Assembly: GCA_964016885.1 (NCBI GenBank)
Contig: OZ024740.1
Location: 36,828,001-36,892,000 of the forward strand
DNA length: 64,000 nucleotides
Source of the DNA: Eledone cirrhosa
Taxonomy: Eukaryota
Direction of reading: 5' to 3'
The notes below the pieces were generated by a model, which saw only the letters and a list, made by a program, of their open reading frames with translations, was not told the DNA's origin and searched no databases. The translations under genes and the position numbers were made by a program. This document shows, one piece after another, positions 56,197-64,000 of the stretch. The number at the start of each line of letters is the position of its first letter. The first letter of the stretch is position 1.

Positions 56197-56310
56197 ATGT
56201 AGATTAATGTTTAAAGACTTGGATTCGCAATTATGAGGTTGCGAGTTCGATTCTAGGATCGGGTGATACGTTATGTCCTTGAGCAACACACTTTATTTCA
56301 TGCTGCTCTT
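56197..56310 (+). mobile_element. Degenerate 5' part of a second tRNA-derived SINE family
   Basis: B-box-like GAGTTCGATTCT followed by TGTCCTTGAGCAACACACTTTATTTCA. Homologous to the minus-strand copies at 57780-58096 and 63125-63266. Confidence 0.75.
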
Positions 56311-56445
56311 TCTGCCAAGAATTGTGACCGGTAGTAGGCCTGTCAACTCTCCCTGTCCGACGGGGAGATCTCCCAACGACTTTGGGGTGGGTGAAAGATG
56401 TTTTCTATTGTGAAATTGGGTTTAGCTTTCATTATGTAAATCTCT

Positions 56446-56656
56446 GTGGATTGGCAGTATCGGTAGAGGGTCGGACGCCATGCTTTGCAGCATAGAGTTA
56501 CGGCTCTTTATGATCTGAGCTCAAATACCGCCGAGGTTAACTTTGCCTTTCATCCTTATGGAGTCGATAAAATAAAGTACCAGTCACGCACTGGGGTCGA
56601 TTTAATCGACTTTCCCCTCCCCTCAAATTACTGGCCTTGTGCCTATATAAGAAACC
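56446..56656 (+). mobile_element. tRNA-derived SINE, long form (same family as 43989)
   Basis: TTGGCAGTATCGG ... CCGCCGAGGTTAACTTTGCCTTTCATCCTTATGGAGTCGATAAAATAAAGTACCAG ... CTGGCCTTGTGCCTA. Contains an extra GTCGATTTAATCGAC...CCCCTCCCCTC segment. Confidence 0.9.
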
Positions 56657-56671
56657 ATTATGTAAATCTAT

Positions 56672-56853
56672 GTGGATTGGCAGTATCGGTAGAGGGTCGG
56701 ACGTCATGCTTTGCAGCAAAGAGTTATGGCCTTTGTGGTCTGAGTTCAAATCCCGCCGAGGTTAACTTTGCTTTTCATCCTTACGGGATCAATAAAATAA
56801 AGTACCAGTAATAGACTGGGATAATTGCTGGTCTTGTGTCAAAAGTAGAAACA
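56672..56853 (+). mobile_element. tRNA-derived SINE, short form, tandem to the previous copy
   Basis: B-box GAGTTCAAATCC and the same central domain. Lacks the ~30-bp segment present in the 56446 copy. Confidence 0.9.
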
Positions 56854-57319
56854 ATTATGTAAAATCTCTCCATTTTGCCTCATTTCGCCCATTTTGAGGC
56901 ACGTTTTTCCATGGTACTCCCTGTTTGGGTTTCTAGAGGTTGGCAGGTCTGCGGTAGATAGTTTCAGCTATGGAAAGACAAAGGGAAACATTGTTTCCTT
57001 GGTCCGATTTGACGAGTCTCCCCTCACTCAGTAAGTGAATGAAGTCAGCTGGAGAACTTCATTAAAGATAGATTGGAGATATTTGTAAAGGTACGATATT
57101 TTCAAGGTAAAATTCAACTCAATTTAAAATATGTTACAATACATGTAAACAAAATTCGATATTAACATTTCCCATAAATCTATTAAACAGAATATTTTTA
57201 TAATGGGACTAATTTCAAAGATACTTTTTCATTCTTACTTTGATCTAAAATTACAAAATTACGCAGAACATGTTGATAATATTATCTACCTCACCTCCCT
57301 GCTCGCTCTCACTCACCCC

Positions 57320-57629
57320 TCTCTCTCTCTCTCTCTCTCTCTCTGTATATATATATATATGTGTGCGTGTGTGTGTGTGTATGTGTGTATTATATATGTG
57401 GATACGTATGTATGTGCCTGTTTGTGTGCGTTTGTCTGTTTCTGTGTGTCAATATAAATATCTAATATATATTTAATGTAGATATAGCTACAGTAATTGG
57501 ATAAGAAGACTGCGATATGAAAAGAATGAAGTGTAAACATTTAAAATTATTCCTCTGTACACACACACACACATATATATATACACACACACACATGTAT
57601 ATATATATATATACGTATGTAATATGTTG

Positions 57630-57675
<46 letters not shown>

Positions 57676-57704
57676 ATACATACATATATTACTCTGACTG
57701 ATGT

Positions 57705-57772
<68 letters not shown>
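57320..57772. repeat. Compound microsatellites (CT)n, (TA)n, (TG)n, (CA)n
   Basis: Directly visible dinucleotide runs at ~57320-57440, ~57560-57672 and ~57709-57772. Confidence 0.95.
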
Positions 57773-57775
<3 letters not shown>

Positions 57776-57779
57776 CTTT

Positions 57780-58096
57780 AAAAAGGGTAATGACACCCTT
57801 CGGTCACGAATAACCTCTCTGAGGCACAAGTCCAAGCATGTTTTTGTGGAAGACCACCAGTCATACATACATACCAATCTCCTTTCTCTACACCCCACCG
57901 AAGTTGTCCAAGGAAAAGGCAAATGATTATACTGGCTGATACCAGTGATGTCACAACTCATTTCTCACAGCTGAGTGAAGTGGAGCAATGTGAGAATATA
58001 GTGTCTTCCTGAAGGACAACGCATCGCCCGGCCCGGGAACGAACTCACAAACTCATGATTGGGAATCCCCTTCCATAACCACTAAGCCACATACCT
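57780..58096 (-). mobile_element. tRNA-derived SINE (second family), near full length
   Basis: Minus strand reads GTATGTGGCTTAGTGGTTA (A box) ... GAGTTCGTTCCC (B box) ... GTCCTTCAGGAAGACACT ... GCTCCACTTCACTCAGCTGTGAGAAATGAG ... GGACTTGTGCCTC. Confidence 0.85.
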
Positions 58097-58108
58097 TTTA
58101 TTCAGTAA

Positions 58109-59005
58109 ATCCAAGAACAGGAGATTAACACGAAATACCTGATTCACAAAAGAGATAGGGATGCAGGCAAAACACCTAGATGTGATAACAAGTGCAGACT
58201 CTGCAGAACTAACATCGAGGATATCACCCATGTCATCAGCAGCTGTCCAAAGATGTCATCGCTGTACTATCTACCTATAAGGCATGATGTAGTGGCCAAA
58301 ACACTGTACAATGCAGTTGTAAAAAAGATAATAAACACATTAAAAGCTACAGCAATGTGGAAGACATACACACATATAATATGAAAGAGTACTGGTGGAA
58401 TGTTTCAGTAAAAAACCCAATAAAATGCAGGCATAACAGACCAGATATTATGATATGGGACAGGGAGAAGAAAGCATGCACAGTAGTGGAAATTAGCTGC
58501 CCAGCAGATGCCAATATAATATCAAAGATTAGTGAAAAGGAGAATATTTATGCAGAACTGATGAAAAATCTGCAGATATTCCACCCTGATTACACCTTCA
58601 GATTTATACTGTGATTATTGGAACACTTGGGTATGTTAGTAACTGCCTCAATACAAATCTTGAGAAGCTAGGCTTCACAGAAACAGAAAGAACACAACTA
58701 GTTAGGAAATTACAAGTACAATCCATTAATGGAACAGTAACAATATGTAAAACATTCCAAAAATTGTGCAATCTAATAACTGCATATACACATGTACAGA
58801 TACAAAGCATATACACATGCACACATACAACTCAAAACATACACATTCACACATACAATAACATCCATATCTACATGTGCAGACATGCATGCATAACCTA
58901 CCTAGTTGATGTTGTGTAAATTCCAATGAGAGAGTCTTGTGTCTATGTTACAAACCGACTCTCTCTCTATTGGTAAAAATTTGTGAAATTATAAAACCAG
59001 AAGAA
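58109..59005 (+). mobile_element. 5'-truncated, frameshifted 3' end of an RLE-type non-LTR retrotransposon (R4/Dong-like): CCHC knuckle, PD-(D/E)xK-type endonuclease and 3' UTR
   Basis: Frame from 58109: IQEQEINTKYL...CRLCRTNIEDITHVISSC (C-x2-C-x8-H-x4-C, 58193-58246)...RHDVVAK. The next frame (ORF 58357) gives WWN...HNRPDIMIWD...VVEISCP...K. A further frameshift (58611) gives VIIGTLG...KLQVQSINGTVTICKTF. Confidence 0.88.
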
Positions 59006-59031
59006 CATACATACATACATACATACATACA

Positions 59032-59061
<30 letters not shown>
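59006..59061 (+). repeat. (CATA)14 microsatellite abutting the R4-like 3' end
   Basis: Perfect tetranucleotide run directly after ...ATAAAACCAGAAGAA. Confidence 0.97.
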
Positions 59062-59063
<2 letters not shown>

Positions 59064-59489
59064 AAGTGGTAGAAAGGGAAAGAAGAAGAAAGAGGTTATT
59101 AACATTCTTTCTATCTGAAAGTTCTGATTACACATACACAACTATAAATGAACAGAAATACACTTCCTTTTCATCTCTTTCTTAACGTTTACATGCCAGT
59201 GATGTTATCGAAAAACTACAACGTATATATATATATGTATATATATATATAAAGAAAAAAGATGAAATTGAAAATGCAAGTGGAGTTTGTTTAGAATATT
59301 TATTTGTTTCCTTTACCGGTTTCACAGTTCTTATGCTTTTCAAAAGTAGAATTGAGATGGAGGGTTTGTGGTTTTTTCTTGCATCTGCGAGAAAAACCAC
59401 AAACCCTCCATCCCAATTCAACACACACAAAAACAAGATGACGTAGGACAGAATAAAGGAGGGGCACAAAACAAAGAAAAGAATCCCCA

Positions 59490-59532
59490 GTCACTGAAGA
59501 GGTCACAGAATGTATGACGAAAGAACTTTGAC
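59490..59532 (+). ncRNA. Minimal type I hammerhead-ribozyme-like motif (degenerate)
   Basis: GTCA-CTGAAGA-G-GTCA(cagaatgta)TGAC-GAAA-GAAC-TT-TGAC. Stem I GTCA/TGAC, core CUGANGA, stem II, GAAA and a very short stem III. Confidence 0.5.
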
Positions 59533-59689
59533 AATATATGAACAACCGTCCGGTTGTGGAACCAACCAACCGGAAATTTATAATAAATTGAAGTGAAAGC
59601 AACCGGTGCGTGTGTTTCAAAGTATAACAATATCGGTTTCAACACACGTTTTCAGGTAAAGAATCTTGCTAAACAAATTCAGAAACGAA

Positions 59690-59788
<99 letters not shown>

Positions 59789-59880
59789 TTCGTGTGTGTG
59801 TGTTTGTTCGTGTGTGTGTGTATGTGTGCGTGTGTGTGTGTGTTCGTGTGTGTGTGTATGTGTGCGTGTGTGTGTGTGTT
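59690..59880. repeat. (TA)n(TG)n microsatellite with degenerate tail
   Basis: Long TG run from ~59701, then TTCG/TATG/TGCG-interrupted TG repeats. Confidence 0.97.
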
Positions 59881-60011
59881 TATCCTGGGATCCTGGGTTC
59901 AATCGGGAGTAACCACAGTAAGTAAGATATTCAATACATATATATATATACAAGGATTTAGAGTACTCGGTTCATAGGACCAAACGATTTATGTATAACC
60001 AGTTACAACAG

Positions 60012-60060
60012 TGGATACTTACGTTTCGTTGGGTTTAACACCAACTCATTCAGTCTACCA
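60012..60060 (-). ncRNA. Minimal hammerhead-ribozyme-like motif (degenerate)
   Basis: Minus strand: CTGAATGA (core with one extra base)-GTTGG(tgttaaac)CCAAC-GAAA-CG-TA. Perfect 5-bp stem II with a G-C closing pair and a GUA triplet. Stem I is poorly paired. Confidence 0.5.
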
Positions 60061-61048
60061 TGTTGTGATGGAGTTTCCTCACAATATGGCCAACTGTATA
60101 TCTTATTCAGTTAACTTTTATTAAATGTTTATATGTACAAGATATTTTTTATAAATAGAATTTGTTAATCCTTGGTTTTGAGATCACACATTTTCCAGTA
60201 GTTTCCGTGAGCGGAAATCGATGAATTCTTTTCATTTTTATCGACATAATCGTTATCTTTATGTTCAAACAGGCCTCTCTGTAAAAAATACATCATCATA
60301 AAAAGTTATGAAGAAATTTCTATTCTCTCTCCATATCCCTCTGCCCGTCTGCCTCTCTGTGTGTATCTATACCTATTTACATAAATTTATATGTTCCTTT
60401 ATTTCTCTCTCTCCCTCTCATTCACTCTCTCTTTACTGTTCCAAACTAGCATTAAACACAATTGTAAAGCATAAACTAGTAGATACTGTCAGTTTCCACA
60501 TAAACCACATTTGAAATGTCAGCAAAGACACTCCATTGTAGCAGTTCGTTATTTAGAGATCCTTAGGTGTTCAACTGCCTACCTAAAGAAATCAGAAATA
60601 TAAAAGGGACCTCTATTTAAACATGAAAAACAGCATTAGATGAACTCCTAGTCACGAAGGCGGACCAGCACGAGACGCTGGAAGCAGAAAACATTTACTT
60701 TCCTCTCGTATTACATACATACATGCACTGTGTCTCGTCCATTTATTTCTAGTCATAATCGAAAGACAGCCGTAAATTTTCCTGCACTTTCTTTATTTTG
60801 TGATCGTCTTACATGTATCTCACCAATAAACCGGTCATTCGACCTGTTGTGTAAACTGGTATTACAAGTGCAGTACCACTTTTATGTGTTAAACTGTACT
60901 AACAACAATGGGACTGACGAGGTAAAGATACAATTATGATTTGTTCTATGTAACTGTGTGCATTTCTGCTAATACAGTATATATCGAGGGCATCGAGTGC
61001 TCATACGGCCTACCGCATACGGACGCTTTAAGCATCCAACACCAATTA

Positions 61049-61061
61049 TATATATATATAT

Positions 61062-61126
<65 letters not shown>
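61049..61126. repeat. (TA)n microsatellite
   Basis: Directly visible. Confidence 0.97.
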
Positions 61127-61128
<2 letters not shown>

Positions 61129-61378
61129 CGAAGGAAGTGTGGTAAGGAACCAGGTGGACCATAACGCACCAGAGTACACGATACTTTGGGTAATAGAGTG
61201 GGTAATAGGAAAAGATTCAGGACTCCAGAAATAGCCGTTGAAATGGCTTGAGCTCTGCCGTCGGGGTCCTGACTATTTTCCTATATATATATATGTAAAA
61301 GGTAAACAGAAATAACACAATAGGTTCAGTATATATAAGGGATATATTATGTTAACGCATGATATAGCAGGAAGAGGG

Positions 61379-61414
61379 TCTTAACATTGCGGACGCTAGT
61401 CCTTCATCAGAAGA
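61379..61414 (-). ncRNA. Minimal type I hammerhead-ribozyme-like motif (GAAA mutated to GCAA)
   Basis: Minus strand: TCTT-CTGATGA-A-GGAC(tagc)GTCC-GCAA-TG-TT-AAGA. Stem I TCTT/AAGA and stem II GGAC/GTCC. Confidence 0.55.
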
Positions 61415-61419
61415 AATAA

Positions 61420-62373
61420 TGATACCTTTCTTTATTTGCCACAGGGGCGTACTAAAAAGAGACATTACAAGGCGTGACGGCGGGGCTTTTACATAAAAAT
61501 CATATAACTTTAACATTAATAAATAACAATAAACAATATATAATAAAATAACAATTGAAATCCCCAATAGGGGGAACGTTACTGCAGGGTTGTTTTACAC
61601 CCCATGGATAGAACAACCCTCAACACCAGGAACACGTTTTGTAGGTGTGCCTGTCTTCCCTCTGTTCATCTTCCTCAACCTACAGGTTTATATACAGAGA
61701 AGGCCCATTCACTCGGGCCATTTTCGCCAAATTCACCCACCTTTCAGCGAATTTATTGGGGTGTAGCACCCCTCTCTCCACTCTCAACTTCCTTCTGAAG
61801 TGGTACTTAAAGAAGGGGATAAGTTATTGTCCGAGAGAAAGGTGTTTGCCCTCAGTCCTTTTAACCTCGTCTACCATATTACCTCTTTCGCCATAGCCAC
61901 CAGACAGAGGAAAACCGCCTCTCCTTCATTCTTAAATGAAGGCGGCGGAGTGATCCTCACGATGGACTCGGCTGACAACTGGATGCGTCACACACGTGAC
62001 AGTAGCTGTTCGACATAATCAACAGGTCGGTCACTCCTGGGCACTGGACAATTGCGTGCAGAACGGTTTCGATGTCCTACTCGCATCTTGGACAGGTCCT
62101 TTTGGCAGGATCTCTGCCAGGGCGTCCGTGCCTGTAACTTTTGTCTCGAACTGGTAGAACCCTCGGTAGCACTGCCAGGCCAGAGACCTCTGGAAGTTAT
62201 CCATAGGCCCTGGACAGAAAGTCCTCCCGAACAGACTGGTCAGTTCGTCCTCCACGATGTCTAGAGTTTCCCCGAGAACGTCGTCGCACTTATCCTCCAC
62301 TAATCCCCTATAGAATGTCGGAGTGGAGTCTCCGCTGATTGCCGTTTCCGCTTCGTAGAGGGCTATGAGCGCC
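61420..62373 (-). mobile_element. 5'-truncated, decayed 3' end of an L1/Tx1-like LINE (ORF2 C-terminal zinc knuckle and 3' UTR)
   Basis: Minus strand across frameshifts: MDNFQRSLAWQCYRG/VLPVRDK...TCPRCE*DIETVLHAIVQC (C-x2-C-x8-H-x4-C, 62094-62041).../YVEQLLSRV*...AVFLCLVAMAKEVIW*TR. The W...LP...C..C...ET..H...C...AK..IW..R pattern is zf-RVT-like. AATAAA at 61436-61431. Confidence 0.82.
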
Positions 62374-62384
62374 TAGATAGATAG

Positions 62385-63013
<629 letters not shown>

Positions 63014-63124
63014 TATCCTTTGTGTGTGACAGCTCACACCTATGCAGGTTTAGCTGGCCTCCTCCAAGGTATATCTCGTTGGAGGTATCTTGGGTAATTT
63101 AATGATAAGGACCCCAATCCTAAC

Positions 63125-63266
63125 ATCTCATTTCTACAGCTGAGTAAACTGGAGCAACGAGAAATAAAGTGTCTTGCTCAAGGAAACAACACATCACTCG
63201 ATCGGAGAATTGAACTCACAACCTTTCGATTGCAAGCTCAATGCTCTAACCACTAAGCCATGCGCC
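63125..63266 (-). mobile_element. 5' part of a tRNA-derived SINE (second family)
   Basis: Minus strand: GGCGCATGGCTTAGTGGTTAGAGCA (A box) ... GAGTTCAATTC (B box) ... CCTTGAGCAAGACACTTTATTTC ... CTCAGCTGTAGAAATGAG. Confidence 0.85.
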
Positions 63267-64000
63267 TTTTATATGTATATAACTGTGTTGTACCATTTTC
63301 CCACCACTAGTGTAAGAATGTTGGGTGTGATTTGAGTTACATCTTTTCTAGAATTTATAATAGGATGAGTTATGGCTGTTTGGGAAAGAGGGGGTTTAGT
63401 TTACTCAATGTGTGTGACATGTGTTGAGGAAGGGCTGACTATGTTTTAGTTATATATTTAGATATGGTAACATTATACTTTCTGAATTCTTTTTGTTTCC
63501 TGTAAAACATAGAGAGTCTCTCTGGATTGCATTTGTCACAGTTTTTGTAACAGGATTCTATTTTAAGCAGTGTTAGTAGTCCCATGTCCAACACCCAGGC
63601 TAGGGGACCATGTGCTATTTTTTGTATAGTCTTTACTCTGAAACTTGCTCTGCTTCGTTTGTCCTACAGCCTGTATGCCCCCCCCCCCCTCCTCACAGGT
63701 ATAGACCTCGGGTTTTTGCAAGGTTGATGTTTGTTATTGCCACAAACTGCCCTTCGCATGTCAAGCTTGTATTTTACCTTTCTATTTTTATACCGTTATG
63801 TACGACACGCTCTATTGATGTGATATGTTTACATGCTGGGATGATATTTACAAGCCGGAATGACGCGAAAGGCACTATTTTAATTTCCACGTAGTTTATT
63901 GTAATTCAGAGACAAAATATTTAAAGTGAAAGTAACGCAGAAATAATTGTTTCTACTTTTGGTACAAGACCAGCAATTTCCCCAGTGCATTACTGGTGCT

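Larger units (their letters stand above)
56335..56951. mobile_element. Non-autonomous DNA transposon (MITE, hAT-like termini) with a 6-bp TSD, containing a nested SINE dimer
   Basis: Left end TAGGCCTGTCAAC (56335-47) matches the reverse complement of the right end, CAGACCTGCCAAC (56939-51), at 10/13. CGGTAG flanks both ends (56329-34, 56952-57). A subterminal CTCCC...GGGAG hairpin follows the left TIR. Confidence 0.7.

Noticed and set aside
60631-60690. Further hammerhead candidate (TAGATGA...CGAGACG with CCAGC/GCTGG hairpin)
   Set aside because: Both core segments are mutated and the stems do not fit the topology.
55357-61234. ORFs with YIYI, CVCV, HTHT or SLSL runs, and other short ORFs in the flank
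   Set aside because: They are translations of microsatellites, low-complexity tracts or antisense frames of decayed elements.

Overview
Eukaryotic (animal) repetitive DNA with no supportable intact protein-coding gene. The SINE types and the dense (TA)n/(CA)n tracts look like an octopus or other coleoid cephalopod, which is my inference. Bases 1-~54673 are one head-to-tail satellite array of roughly 1,070-1,090 monomers with a 51-bp consensus AGAAACCTCAACTGTCATTACATTGAGGTTTGTGTGGGTAAAGTTAGACAT. It is organised in nested higher-order duplications (offsets 2078, 3033, ~4355, 5215, 7665, ~2850-2900 and ~20.6-21.1 kb) and interrupted once by a tRNA-type SINE. The hundreds of ORFs there are artefacts of a 17-codon monomer. 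The monomer is ~76% identical to its own reverse complement and has two dyad axes. The array ends abruptly inside a decayed PHD-finger, CRE-clade-like non-LTR retrotransposon. The last ~9 kb is decayed mobile DNA: SINEs, a MITE with a 6-bp TSD holding a SINE dimer, an R4/Dong-like RLE LINE 3' end followed by (CATA)14, and an L1/Tx1-like 3' end. It also holds a cluster of four type I hammerhead-ribozyme-like motifs in short islands between microsatellites, one lying directly downstream of the Tx1-like poly(A) signal. All family assignments come from motif recognition by eye, not database searches.
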